Part shown: piece by piece, positions 37,010-46,437 of the stretch
How the letters are laid out: the number at the start of each line of letters is the position of its first letter
Position numbering within the stretch: the stretch's first letter is position 1
Virus record (IMG/VR): IMGVR_UViG_2934377003_000001
Span: 1 to 64,000 of that record
Direction: 5' to 3' (one strand)
From: a virus
Taxonomy: Duplodnaviria > Caudoviricetes
Length of the DNA: 64,000 nucleotides
Made by a program: the position numbers and the translations under genes
Notes under the pieces: generated by a model
The model's database searches: none
The model's input: only the letters and a program-made list of their open reading frames with translations
What the model was told of the DNA's origin: nothing

Positions 37010-37019
37010 CGCTACGTCG

Positions 37020-37580
37020 TCAGGCGCCTTGGGTGATGACGTCGGTGACTTCGACTGTGACCTTCGTACTCGATGACGGGGTGCTGATCGAGGTGGGCGT
37101 GTAGTTCAGCGTCGTCTCGTCCATGAGTTCGGCGGTTTCGATGACGGGACCGGAGTCGCCGCCACGGATCTCGTAGGTGATCTCGTAGATCGCGTCCGGG
37201 TCGATGTCCATGAAGTTGCCGGTGAACTCCATCTTGGGCTCGACGGTGACGTTGCAGCCCGCGGAGCCGAAGCACTGCCGGTCGGTGGTGCGCAGCGTCA
37301 TCTTGAAGTCGTCGGCGGACAGCGGCCCGTAGGTGGGCTCGGCCGGTTCTTCCGCTTCCTCGGCGGCGGGGGCGGCGTCTTCAACGGGCGTGCTGGACGC
37401 GCTGCTGGCGGCGGGCTTGCTGTCGTCGTCCTGCGCCTGGACCACGATGACGCCGGTGCCGATGATCGCGGCGATGACGGCGGCCGCGGACCCGACGATG
37501 ATCAGGTTGGTGCGGGACTTCCTCGGCGCGGGCGGCAGGATCGGAGGCTGCTCGGGCATCGGCGGCGTGGGCTGATTCAT
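37020..37580 (-). CDS. Single-pass membrane protein with acidic extracellular domain
   Basis: Pro-rich start, TM helix, QCFGSAGCNVT. Confidence 0.75.
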   Translation of the reverse strand: MNQPTPPMPEQPPILPPAPRKSRTNLIIVGSAAAVIAAIIGTGVIVVQAQDDDSKPAASSASSTPVEDAAPAAEEAEEPAEPTYGPLSADDFKMTLRTTDRQCFGSAGCNVTVEPKMEFTGNFMDIDPDAIYEITYEIRGGDSGPVIETAELMDETTLNYTPTSISTPSSSTKVTVEVTDVITQGA

Positions 37581-37715
37581 GGTTCCCCCCAGGGAGTTCG
37601 TGCGTGGATGCATGATGCTCGCCTGTGGAGGCGCCGTGAAGGGAAAGTTCCTGATCCGTGACCCGAATCGGCGGAACCCCCGCCACTCCCCCGCGGCGAC
37701 CGGCAGACTGCGGGT

Positions 37716-37916
37716 ATGGCGATCCGGGTGAGCGTCCAGGCGGCGACGGAGGACGAGTGCGTCGAAGGCCTCGCCCAGCTCGTGGATGCCGGGTTCCTGC
37801 CGGTGATGCTGCCCCGGTACCTCACCGACGGCCGCTGGATGGCGCGGGCGGTGCCGGCACCAGCGACGAAGGCCCCGGCCGCGGGTGGCGGTCGGGGCCC
37901 TGTCGTTTCGGGTTGA
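37716..37916 (+). CDS. Hypothetical protein
   Basis: Short ORF between minus-strand units. Confidence 0.5.
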   Translation: MAIRVSVQAATEDECVEGLAQLVDAGFLPVMLPRYLTDGRWMARAVPAPATKAPAAGGGRGPVVSG

Positions 37917-38219
37917 TCAGGTGGCCAAGTCCCGGTACTCGTCGGCCATGTCGCCCAGCCCCGCGAGGCACAGTGCCGCGCACTGCAGGAGTACCTCACG
38001 GCGTTGGGACTGCTCGTCGGAGGCTTCGGAGATCAGGCGGGCGGCGGATTTGAGGTCGTGGTGGCCGACGATCCCGGCCACCTCCAGATGATCGGCGACC
38101 GCACCCAACTGGGCGATGAACCCGGCCACGGTGGTGGCGGGGGTGGGCTCGTGGGCGAGGTAGGCGACGGCGTGCGCGTGCTGCTGGACGAGACCGTCGA
38201 CGGTGAACGTGGCGGGCAT
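37917..38219 (-). CDS. Hypothetical protein
   Basis: Last gene of the long leftward operon. Confidence 0.6.
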   Translation of the reverse strand: MPATFTVDGLVQQHAHAVAYLAHEPTPATTVAGFIAQLGAVADHLEVAGIVGHHDLKSAARLISEASDEQSQRREVLLQCAALCLAGLGDMADEYRDLAT

Positions 38220-38224
38220 GGGGG

Positions 38225-38440
38225 TCACCGGCCGGCGTTGTCGATGAGCCACCGGCCGTATGCGCGGTCGGCGTCGGCGTGGATGCCTGTCCGGTCGCTT
38301 CCGGCGGCGACGGCGGCTTCTACGGCGGGCTGCACGGTGCCGCGGTAGAAGTCGCCGGTGCGCTCACCGGCCCGCTCCCGCCGGTTCAGGTCGACGAGGG
38401 CGGCGACCGCCTTCCTTTCGAACTGCTGCTTGTCGGCCAT
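38225..38440 (-). CDS. Hypothetical protein
   Basis: AGGAG RBS. Confidence 0.6.
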   Translation of the reverse strand: MADKQQFERKAVAALVDLNRRERAGERTGDFYRGTVQPAVEAAVAAGSDRTGIHADADRAYGRWLIDNAGR

Positions 38441-38448
38441 GGTGTCTC

Positions 38449-38679
38449 CTACTGGTAGGCGGGCCCGTCGTATTCGACGGCGGTGATCTGGGCGGACGGG
38501 TTCTCCTGCTGGGTGCGGAGGACGTCGGCGACGAGACTGTCGAGGCTGTTCGTCGAGTTGAACGACAGCAACTTGCCGGTGCGCCGGTCGTACAGCCGGT
38601 AGTGCAGGTTGGTGTGCGTCTGACGGCGGACGGGCAGGGGCTTGCCGTTCCAGGTGTCGGCCATGGTCACCTGGCCCAT
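38449..38679 (-). CDS. Hypothetical protein
   Basis: GC3 bias; start may be 38664. Confidence 0.6.
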   Translation of the reverse strand: MGQVTMADTWNGKPLPVRRQTHTNLHYRLYDRRTGKLLSFNSTNSLDSLVADVLRTQQENPSAQITAVEYDGPAYQ

Positions 38680-38870
38680 CGGTGGGGCTCGTGGTCGGCG
38701 GCGGCGTCGAGGATGGCCATGGCGGCGGCCTGTCGGTCGAGTCCGGCGGCGACGGCTTCCTCGATGACCTGGTCGGCTTTCTTGCTGCTGCCGCGGCCGA
38801 GGAATCCGCCGCGCTGCAACTGGCGGCCGGCTTCCTGGATTTGGGCCGGGGTGGGCTTGGGCATGGTCAC
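38667..38870 (-). CDS. Hypothetical protein
   Basis: GTGA overlap. Confidence 0.55.
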   Translation of the reverse strand: MTMPKPTPAQIQEAGRQLQRGGFLGRGSSKKADQVIEEAVAAGLDRQAAAMAILDAAADHEPHRWAR

Positions 38871-39070
38871 TTCCCGATCGCGTTGCCGGGGGCCATGCGG
38901 ATCTCCCCGTAGGTGTCGAGTACGTCCTGGTGGTGCCGGTTGCAGAAGTACTTGCCGCGGGCCTTCGGGCGGGTGCAGAAGCGGTGGCCGTCGTTCTGCC
39001 GGTGGTCGACCTGGGTCTGGTAGCCGCAGGTCTGGCTGCTGCGGTCGGGTTCGGTGCGGGTGAAGCCCAT
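38867..39070 (-). CDS. Small zinc-finger-like protein
   Basis: C...C...CNRH; TGATG coupling. Confidence 0.6.
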   Translation of the reverse strand: MGFTRTEPDRSSQTCGYQTQVDHRQNDGHRFCTRPKARGKYFCNRHHQDVLDTYGEIRMAPGNAIGK

Positions 39071-39294
39071 CAGAGGCCCTTCCTTGCGGCCTTCCGGAAC
39101 CTCTTCGGCAGCTGCTCCTCGGCGTCGATGACGGCCTGGTTGAGGCGCTGGTACTCGGGCGTTTCGTGGGTGATTCCGGCGGCGGCTTCGCGGGCGGTGT
39201 TCTCGGCGAGGGCGGCAGACGCCTTGTGGTAGTCGGCGATCAGACGGTTCTCGTCGGCGTACACGGCGAGCTCGTCGCGGCTGGGCTTAGACAT
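39070..39294 (-). CDS. Hypothetical protein
   Basis: AGGAG RBS. Confidence 0.6.
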   Translation of the reverse strand: MSKPSRDELAVYADENRLIADYHKASAALAENTAREAAAGITHETPEYQRLNQAVIDAEEQLPKRFRKAARKGL

Positions 39295-39303
39295 GGTGGT
39301 CTC

Positions 39304-39819
39304 CTACTTGTTGTGGGTGTGGGTGTGCTGGGTGGCTCGGTCGAAGGCGGCGAGAACGGGTGCGGCGGTTCGCTGCTGGGCGTTCCAGCTGGGGATCGTG
39401 TCGGCCGCAGGGGAGCGTTCCTGGATGGCGTCGAGGAGCGCCACGCACGCGTCGTGCGTGGCATCCCGGTCGCCGCGGGATTCGAGGCGGATCGCCTGGA
39501 TGGGGCAGACGGCGCCGGCTTCGTCGCGGACGGCGTCCCGGCACCAGCCCGCGGTCTCGATCCGAACGCGGGCCCGGTGGAGGAGGTCGGCGACGGGCGT
39601 CCGGTACGGGGACGGCGAGGCGGCCGGTGCGGGCAGGGGTGCTTCGGTGATGTGCGGAACCTGCCCGGCGCCGGGCAGGTGCGCGGTGTTGACCTCGAAC
39701 TCGACCGCGGCTTCGTCGAGGCGGGCGCTCATGACGGCGCCGGTCAGGGCGAGTCGGGCGTCCAAGTCGAGGACGGGCGGGGCGTGCGGACTTGCGGGCG
39801 CGCGGGTGGTCGTGGGCAT
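39304..39819 (-). CDS. DUF6197-like protein
   Basis: LLHRARVRIETAGWC...GAVCPIQAIR...IPSWN. Confidence 0.65.
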   Translation of the reverse strand: MPTTTRAPASPHAPPVLDLDARLALTGAVMSARLDEAAVEFEVNTAHLPGAGQVPHITEAPLPAPAASPSPYRTPVADLLHRARVRIETAGWCRDAVRDEAGAVCPIQAIRLESRGDRDATHDACVALLDAIQERSPAADTIPSWNAQQRTAAPVLAAFDRATQHTHTHNK

Positions 39820-39911
39820 GATGAGGGTCTCTCCGTCGATCTTCTGGTGGGCGGGTGAGACCGGGGCGCCCCTGGTCGCTGCCAGGCATTCGAGGGGCGC
39901 CCCGGGCGGAG

Positions 39912-40094
39912 CTACAGGTCTTCGCCGAAGCGGACGGTCATGGTGGCGTCGAGGAGTTCCGCGGCCTCGCTGCCGTCGGTGGTGCGAGTGTCGAAGCGGG
40001 CCGTGACCTCGCGGATGATTCGGTCGGTGGTGGCGCGGTCGCCACGCTTCTTCGCCGCCACGTAGTCGCGGACGGTCTGGTGGGTGTACTGCAC
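39912..40094 (-). CDS. Hypothetical protein
   Basis: AAGGAG RBS. Confidence 0.6.
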   Translation of the reverse strand: MQYTHQTVRDYVAAKKRGDRATTDRIIREVTARFDTRTTDGSEAAELLDATMTVRFGEDL

Positions 40095-40121
40095 GGTGAT
40101 CTCCTTCGGGTTGGGGTGGGG

Positions 40122-40529
40122 TCAGATGCGCCAGCCGCCGAGGCGGCGACGGGTCTTCGGGTTGGAGCCCTGCGCGGCCTGCTTCTCCAGGCCCCGCAAC
40201 TCGGCCTCGTCCAAGATCCCCTCGTAGTTGTCCGAGCCCATCGGGCCCGCAACCTGCGGGGCCGGGTCGGCGATGTTCCGCATGCCGCGCGGCGGCGCGT
40301 CGAACACCGGGCCGCGGGTCTGGCACAAGGTCACCGCGCTGTATCCCGACTCCGTGCACGGGCTCCCCGTGAACGGAAGCCGGGACGTGAACCGGTACTC
40401 GCCGTACAGGTGCGCGTCCTCGTAGGGCGCGGCCCGCCGGCTGATGTCGTACACGACGTAGTACGACTTCCCGAGCTCCACATCGCGGGCGAACTTCTTC
40501 GCCTGGCTGGCACTCCACGACTTCGACAT
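40122..40529 (-). CDS. Hypothetical protein
   Basis: GGAG RBS, GC3 bias. Confidence 0.7.
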   Translation of the reverse strand: MSKSWSASQAKKFARDVELGKSYYVVYDISRRAAPYEDAHLYGEYRFTSRLPFTGSPCTESGYSAVTLCQTRGPVFDAPPRGMRNIADPAPQVAGPMGSDNYEGILDEAELRGLEKQAAQGSNPKTRRRLGGWRI

Positions 40530-40568
40530 AGATGATCTCCGCTTCCGGTATGGGATGGTTTGCTCTCG

Positions 40569-40729
40569 CTGCTCAGGACTGCTCAGCGGGAGAAAGTGCA
40601 GGTCGGGTCTGCTCAGCCGCCTGATCAGGCGCTGCTCAGAGCAGACGCTGAGCAGGTCGTGAGCAGCAGCCTGAGCAGCTGTGACCTGCGGGTTTGTGGC
40701 CTGATCAGGGCTGAGCAGGCCCTGATCAG
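40569..40729. repeat. Array of eleven 8-bp CTG(CT/AG/AT)CAG repeats, clt-like transfer locus
   Basis: CTGCTCAG x4, CTGAGCAG x3, GTGAGCAG x1, CTGATCAG x3 in 161 bp directly after the traB stop. Confidence 0.85.
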
Positions 40730-40751
40730 GGGTACATACTTCGCATAGCGG

Positions 40752-43007
40752 TCACAGCAGGTGGCGGAGCCGATCACGCTTGAAGCCGCGCGGATTCTTC
40801 TCCTCGCCGATCGGACCCAGCGTGATCGGCGACCCAGCACCCGCCTGCTTCATCAGGGCCTTGAACGCGACGGCATCCATGTCGCCGTAGGCATCCGGGT
40901 CGTACTCCTGCAGCGCGGCAAGAAGCGGCTCGGTGATCATCCGGTCGACGTCCGCCTTCTCCATCACGTCGACCGCATCCTCGACCGCAGCCCGTGCCGG
41001 CCCGTCCGTCAGCTCCGAGCCGGCGGGCGGCTCTGCGTCGCACAGGCGCAGCAGTTGCTCCCAGGTGAGAAGCTTGACGGGCGCCGGCTTCTTGATCTGG
41101 TCGTCCTTGTCGTACTCGGGCTCGCAGTACTCGGGGAGGTCGACGTTCTTCATCGCGTCGAGGCTGTCCTGGTCGGGCTCGACCAGGCCGGCGTCGCACC
41201 TCTCCTGCGCCAGCTTGCGCAGCGTGGCGGAGGGCGTCTCGTGGACGGCGTACTCGATCGGCTCGTCCGGTCGGCCGGGCACGCCCTGGATGTAGACGTG
41301 GCCAGCGTCCTTAGGGTCGGTGTCGGTGGCGGGAGACAGCTTGTGCGGCATCCAGCCCTCGGCGACTGCCCCGTCTCCGAAGACGGCGCGGGTGTCGCCG
41401 ACCTTGCAGGGCCCGACCGCCTTGAAGGCGATCATCTGGGCGATGTTCTCGCCGAGGTACAGCTTGGTGCCGCCCTGCGAAGCGATGATCAGCGTGACGG
41501 CCTCCTTGCGGCCGACCAGCAGCAGATCGAAGGCCAGCTTCTTCGCCAGCTCGGATCCCTTGGGGAACTCGTCGAAGATGATCGTGAAGTGCGGGTGCTC
41601 CTTACTGACCTTCCACTTCTTGCCCATGCCGAGCTTCGCCCGCAGCCGGGCGCGACCCTTGGACAGCATCAGGAAGAACAGCAGGACTGCTTCGATCTGC
41701 TCGTGGCTGCGCCCGGTGACCCGGACGGCGTCGTGGAGGTCCTCCAGACCGTCGCCGTGGGGGTCGAGGTCGATGGTGATGTTGTCGTAGCAGGCGGTGG
41801 TGATCTCACCGATGGCCTGCAGCAGGCCGGTCTTGCCGCCGCCTGACGCCGCAACGACGAGCCCCATGACCCCAGCGAACGCGGCGTCGAGGGGTTCGCC
41901 GCCCACAGAGGATCCGAGACGGCTCTTGCCCGTGATGGAGATCGACTTGGGGGCGCGATGGGGCAGCCCGGGGGCGGTGGCGAACGGGTCTCCCTCGACG
42001 AGGCGCAGGACCGCGCACGCCCGTCGCTCCAGGATGGGCTGGGGCCGGACACCGTTGGCTTTCAGGTCGAAGCGGGTCTCGAGGTCCCCGCTCTTCGCGA
42101 TGATCGCTTCGGGGGTGCCTTCGCCGACGCGGACGACGCACTGCCAGCCCCACGGCTGCCGCTGCACATCGGCGACCTCGACGATCGGCACGTTCTCGGC
42201 GCGGGCGGCGAGGAGGACGCATTCAGCGAGCTGCTGCGGCGTGGACACGTTCCTGAGCGGGAACGGCTTGGCGCCTTCGTCGAGCTGCTCGACGTTCATG
42301 ACGACGTGCGATCCGACGCTCATCGCTCCCCCGGCCTGCGTCGGGTCCGCCAGGAACGTGGCGGGCAGGCTGACCGGGGCCTGACCGAAAGGGGCCCCCA
42401 CCTCCTTGGCCTCTTCGACGTGCGGGCGGGCCAGGAACCACCAGCCGAAGCCGCCGGCCGGGATCGACAGCAGCAGGAGGGCGGGTTCGGCGGCGATGCC
42501 GTGCAGGTAGCCGTAGCCTCCCGCGAGGACGGCGGCTACGCGGGTGGCCTTCTTCGTCCAGCGGGCACGGTCCAGTTCCCGGTTGGTGGGCGGCATGACG
42601 GCGACCGCGGGTCCTTCCGCAGCGCGGGTTTCGACGCGGGCCTGGAGCGCGGCGAGCTCGCCCTTGAGCCGCTCGATCTGGGGGCTGGTCTCCTCGCCCT
42701 GCCGGGCGGCGTCGATGCGGGCCTGTGCGAGGCGGCTGTTGACTCGGCCGACCTGGCGCAGGAGTTCGTCATCTTGGCGCTGCGCCTGGCGACGCTTGCT
42801 GTCGACGACCTGTTCGGCGAGCTTCTGGTCGTCGATGTCGGCGGTGGCGAACCAGCCGGCGAGGCGCTGCCGGACGTTCTGCTTCTGCTCACCGTAGGCG
42901 GCCTTGGCCTGCAGCTTCACGGTGTCAATCCGCCGCTTACGGGGGATGGTGGGCGGGTTGACGGGCATGGGCGGGATCTGCTCGAAGGGTTCGGTCTCGG
43001 TGGCCAC
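40752..43007 (-). CDS. traB: FtsK/SpoIIIE-like DNA translocase, TraB-like
   Basis: TM hairpin, Walker A AASGGGKT, Walker B IIFDE, GRKEAVTLIIASQ, C-terminal winged-helix-like tail ending NPRGF. Confidence 0.8.
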   Translation of the reverse strand: MATETEPFEQIPPMPVNPPTIPRKRRIDTVKLQAKAAYGEQKQNVRQRLAGWFATADIDDQKLAEQVVDSKRRQAQRQDDELLRQVGRVNSRLAQARIDAARQGEETSPQIERLKGELAALQARVETRAAEGPAVAVMPPTNRELDRARWTKKATRVAAVLAGGYGYLHGIAAEPALLLLSIPAGGFGWWFLARPHVEEAKEVGAPFGQAPVSLPATFLADPTQAGGAMSVGSHVVMNVEQLDEGAKPFPLRNVSTPQQLAECVLLAARAENVPIVEVADVQRQPWGWQCVVRVGEGTPEAIIAKSGDLETRFDLKANGVRPQPILERRACAVLRLVEGDPFATAPGLPHRAPKSISITGKSRLGSSVGGEPLDAAFAGVMGLVVAASGGGKTGLLQAIGEITTACYDNITIDLDPHGDGLEDLHDAVRVTGRSHEQIEAVLLFFLMLSKGRARLRAKLGMGKKWKVSKEHPHFTIIFDEFPKGSELAKKLAFDLLLVGRKEAVTLIIASQGGTKLYLGENIAQMIAFKAVGPCKVGDTRAVFGDGAVAEGWMPHKLSPATDTDPKDAGHVYIQGVPGRPDEPIEYAVHETPSATLRKLAQERCDAGLVEPDQDSLDAMKNVDLPEYCEPEYDKDDQIKKPAPVKLLTWEQLLRLCDAEPPAGSELTDGPARAAVEDAVDVMEKADVDRMITEPLLAALQEYDPDAYGDMDAVAFKALMKQAGAGSPITLGPIGEEKNPRGFKRDRLRHLL

Positions 43008-43064
43008 AAGCTGTCCTTTCCTGGGTCGGGGCGGGGCCCCGGGTTGGGGCCCCGCGGGGCGTGG

Positions 43065-43655
43065 TCAGCCGAGGTTGCCGAGCATGGTGCCCAGCGATCC
43101 GACGAGCGAGTTGGTGAGCTGGCTACCCATGGCGCCGATGACAGTCCCGGACAGGGCGATCCCGAGCAGGCCACCGAGGACCGCGTCGCCAGCCTTGAGG
43201 CCACTGTGCTTGACCTTGACGAACACGATGATCGCCAGGATGAGGATGGCGACGACGCCGACACCGATGGCGCCTCCGCCGGCCTGGGTCTGGTACTGCT
43301 GCTGGGTTCCGGCGGGCATCTGCTGCTGCGGGTTGACGAGCTGACTGCCGCTGCCGCTGTCGGGGGTGAGGTCGTTGGTGATGCCGTCGCCGCTGCCGGG
43401 CTCGGTGTCAGCCTTGAACCCGGCGACGACGGAGATCTGCTCGGTGGTGGCGTGGTGGCCGTAGCCGCCCATGCCGGTGATCCGCAGGGTGCGGCCGTCC
43501 GGCAGGGTCACCGGCGCGGTGACCGCCCGCTCGACCACGTGCTGGGTGGCGGCGGAAGCCGGCGACGGGGCGGCCACGGTGATGGTGGCGGCACCGCCGA
43601 GGACGGCGACCGCGGCACTGCCCGACACGGCGACACGACGAAGGGTGCTGGTCAT
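43065..43655 (-). CDS. Exported/membrane protein of the transfer module
   Basis: Signal-peptide-like start, two C-terminal TM helices, upstream of traB. Confidence 0.7.
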   Translation of the reverse strand: MTSTLRRVAVSGSAAVAVLGGAATITVAAPSPASAATQHVVERAVTAPVTLPDGRTLRITGMGGYGHHATTEQISVVAGFKADTEPGSGDGITNDLTPDSGSGSQLVNPQQQMPAGTQQQYQTQAGGGAIGVGVVAILILAIIVFVKVKHSGLKAGDAVLGGLLGIALSGTVIGAMGSQLTNSLVGSLGTMLGNLG

Positions 43656-43678
43656 TTCGATCTCTCCAGAAAGGTGGG

Positions 43679-45001
43679 TTAGTTGGCGTTCGGGCGAGTG
43701 CTCTTGGCGGCCACAGACGGCTGCTCGAGGCGCGCCTGAGTCTTGGCTGCGGGGGTGTACGGCTGCGTGTCTCCGGCCCGTCGAGTGGGCGGCGTGCCAC
43801 CGTTGTTTCGGCGTCCGTCGGGGGCGTTCGGGTCCTTCTTCTGGCGGGGACCCTTTTGGGAATTGATCAGCGACAACGAGCCCAGAACGGGGGCTTCGGT
43901 GACGGTCCGCATGTGGGCCTGTGCGGCGCGCGACTGGGCTTCGATTTCGGGGCGGATTCCGACCTTCGTGCAGCCCGTCACGAGGGCCCACGACTCAGCC
44001 CAGATCTGCTCCGTGACGTACTGCGAACCACGCGCGGAACGAAGCGCGTCGGCGACCTCCCACACGTCGGGATGCTTGTCCTTGCGGTCGTCGTCGCGGC
44101 GCTTCTGATCCTCCGCGGCGCGGGCCTCCGCGGCGGCCTTCTCAGCGGCAGCCCTCGCCTCGGCGGCTTGCTTCTCGGTGCGCGCCTTCTCCTCCGCGCG
44201 GGCCTTCTCCAAGGCTGTCGTCTTGGCCGCCCGGCGCTCCCGGAAGGACGGGATCCCGTCGGCCTTCTGAGCGATGCCGTGCTCGTAGGCCATCAGGACG
44301 ATCGGCCCGCCCAGGGAGGCGATCGCACCGATCAAGCCGGCGTTGAAACCGATGTGATCGTTGGTCAGCCCGCCGTGCAGGTTGATCGCGGCGGCGATCG
44401 CCGCGGACAGCATGATGCCGACCCGGTAAGGGGCGACGTCCCGCCGGTGAGCGACCGCCCAGGCGGCTCCAAACGCCAGCACCAGCGCGAGGCCTTCGAG
44501 GAGGGCCGGCGCAGCGATCAGGAAGGGCCGCTCGCGGTCCCAGAAATGCATGAACTGCACCGGGGCGGCGATGATCAGGCCGACGGCGTAGATACCGCGG
44601 GCACCCCACTTCCACCAGCGCTCCGACCGCTCCTGCTCTTCCAGCACCTGCGCCTCGGCGGCCTCCTCGTCGGCGGCAGCCTTCTCCGCCTTCTCCTTCT
44701 TGGCCTGCGCCTCGGCGGCCTCCGCTGCCTTCTTCGCGACGTGCGCCTTGTGGTCAGCCTGGTCTTTCTCCAGCCGCATGCGCTTACGCTCGTTACTGAT
44801 CCGCAGCTCTTCGGCCTGCTCGCCGGCGAGGATCCCGGCGGCCTTCGCGTCTCCCTCCGCCTTGATGCGGGCGGCTTCGGCTTCGGCATCGGCGCGTTTC
44901 CGGATCGCCTCCGCCTCGGCCAGCGCCACCGGGTCGAACCGGGGCTCGGGCGAGGCAACGGCGCGGCCGTTGACCTGCTTCTCGACGGATACGGCGGTCA
45001 C
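43679..45001 (-). CDS. SpdB/DUF2637-like spread protein
   Basis: Coiled coil, four TM helices (APALLEGLAL), second coiled coil. Confidence 0.65.
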   Translation of the reverse strand: MTAVSVEKQVNGRAVASPEPRFDPVALAEAEAIRKRADAEAEAARIKAEGDAKAAGILAGEQAEELRISNERKRMRLEKDQADHKAHVAKKAAEAAEAQAKKEKAEKAAADEEAAEAQVLEEQERSERWWKWGARGIYAVGLIIAAPVQFMHFWDRERPFLIAAPALLEGLALVLAFGAAWAVAHRRDVAPYRVGIMLSAAIAAAINLHGGLTNDHIGFNAGLIGAIASLGGPIVLMAYEHGIAQKADGIPSFRERRAAKTTALEKARAEEKARTEKQAAEARAAAEKAAAEARAAEDQKRRDDDRKDKHPDVWEVADALRSARGSQYVTEQIWAESWALVTGCTKVGIRPEIEAQSRAAQAHMRTVTEAPVLGSLSLINSQKGPRQKKDPNAPDGRRNNGGTPPTRRAGDTQPYTPAAKTQARLEQPSVAAKSTRPNAN

Positions 45002-45057
45002 GGTGATCGGTGTCCTTCCAGGGCTCAGGGGGGGGGTGGTGCGGTGGAGGTGGTTGG

Positions 45058-45264
45058 TCAGCGCCGACGGCGGCGGCGGGTGGACCGATAGCCGAACGGG
45101 CCAGGCAGGTCGGCGGAGTAGGTGTCGCGGCCGGTGGAGCTGCGCGTCCACCGGGGCACGGACCCGCCGCCCAACGTGATCGACCAAGACCGGCGGTTCA
45201 GGTTGATGCGGACGCCGGGCAGGATCCGGAAGCTCTTGCGGAACGTGACCGGCACGGCGATCAC
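45058..45264 (-). CDS. DUF4236-like protein
   Basis: FRKSFRILPGVRINL...S.TLG motif. Confidence 0.75.
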   Translation of the reverse strand: MIAVPVTFRKSFRILPGVRINLNRRSWSITLGGGSVPRWTRSSTGRDTYSADLPGPFGYRSTRRRRRR

Positions 45265-45461
45265 GCCTCCCGCAGCTGGTCGGGCGTGTACGACCGGTAG
45301 CCCTTGATCGCCTCGACGGCCCAGCTGTCGATGCTCCTCACGGACACGTCGCCGCCGGACAGGGCCCCGCCATCCACGACGATGCCCGTCTTGCCGACGG
45401 TGCCCTCGTTCTCCGGGCCCGCCGCGACCACGACCACCAGGTCGCCCTTCTTGAAACGCAT
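45261..45461 (-). CDS. Small SH3/KOW-like protein
   Basis: FKKGDLVVV...GKTGIV...QLR. Confidence 0.6.
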   Translation of the reverse strand: MRFKKGDLVVVVAAGPENEGTVGKTGIVVDGGALSGGDVSVRSIDSWAVEAIKGYRSYTPDQLREA

Positions 45462-45541
45462 GGAGTTTCCTCTCGGTTGGGTGAAGTGCTGGCGCGCGGT
45501 GCCCTCACCGCCCGTGAGCGACGGGCGGTGAGGACAGCCGG

Positions 45542-45736
45542 CTACTTGGTGGGCGCGCAGTCCGGGCAGTTCGGGTCGTCGCAGAGGGTGATGCGTCCGC
45601 AGCCGATGGCCTTGGACGCCCGGTTGGCGGCCCGACTGCCGCGCTCCCCGGCCACGGTGAGGCCGATCTGCTGCAGCCGACGCGCGATCCCCTCGCGCGG
45701 GTCCATCTGGTTGGTCTTCTTGGTCTTCTTGGGCAT
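45542..45736 (-). CDS. Small Cys-rich protein
   Basis: GAGGA RBS, CDDPNCPDC. Confidence 0.55.
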   Translation of the reverse strand: MPKKTKKTNQMDPREGIARRLQQIGLTVAGERGSRAANRASKAIGCGRITLCDDPNCPDCAPTK

Positions 45737-45865
45737 GTGAGTCCTCTCGGATCAGTGATCGGATGCTGGTGCGTGCCCTGGTCTGCTTTGAAGCGGTAGA
45801 CCCGAGTTCGGTCGACCAGGGCTGGGGTGCCGGGCGCGATGGGGGCACGCCCGGCAGTGGGTGGG

Positions 45866-46093
45866 TTAGCGGCGGGGGATGAGAGTCTTCGGGTCGGGGC
45901 CGAGCGGGCGGGGCGGCAGCCCGCGGCCCGTCCGCTGGACCGTCTTGAAGCGGCTCTCCCGGTCCTCACGGACCGCCCGCTCGAACCGGTCGAGGAGCCC
46001 GGGGTACAGGGCGTCGAGGGCCTCGGCCTCCACCATGCGCCGGGCAAGATCGGCGTCCAGGTCGGCCAGGAGTCGCTCGTTACGGCCGGGCAT
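45866..46093 (-). CDS. Hypothetical protein
   Basis: AAAGGA RBS. Confidence 0.6.
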   Translation of the reverse strand: MPGRNERLLADLDADLARRMVEAEALDALYPGLLDRFERAVREDRESRFKTVQRTGRGLPPRPLGPDPKTLIPRR

Positions 46094-46229
46094 GTCAGTG
46101 TCCTTTCGGTTGGGTGATTGGGTGGGTGGTGCGTGCCCCGGGCCCGATTCGCTCGGGCACCGTCGCGGCTTGGCCGGGGCCGGGGTGCCGGGGCGCAGTG
46201 GGGGTTTCCGCGCCCCGGCGGTCTCGGGG

Positions 46230-46436
46230 TCAGGCCGGGATGGCGGTGCAGTGGTCGGCGTGCTCCTGTGCCCACCCGGTGAGCACGGTGCGGTATTCGA
46301 CGCCGTGGTCCCTGGACCACTGGCATCCGCGGCAGGTGGCGACGGATCGGCGAGGGCCGTCCTCGATGTCGACGGTGGCGTTGCGGTCGCCGGTCAGGGC
46401 GGCAGCCTGGGTGAGGATGCGGGTGGGGGCAGGCAC
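46230..46436 (-). CDS. Small zinc-finger protein
   Basis: CRGC...AQEHADHC; AAGGAG RBS. Confidence 0.6.
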   Translation of the reverse strand: MPAPTRILTQAAALTGDRNATVDIEDGPRRSVATCRGCQWSRDHGVEYRTVLTGWAQEHADHCTAIPA

Positions 46437-46437
46437 G

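Noticed and set aside
40569-40729. Repeat array as a CRISPR
   Set aside because: Units are 8 bp with 2-22 bp gaps and mixed orientation; no cas genes
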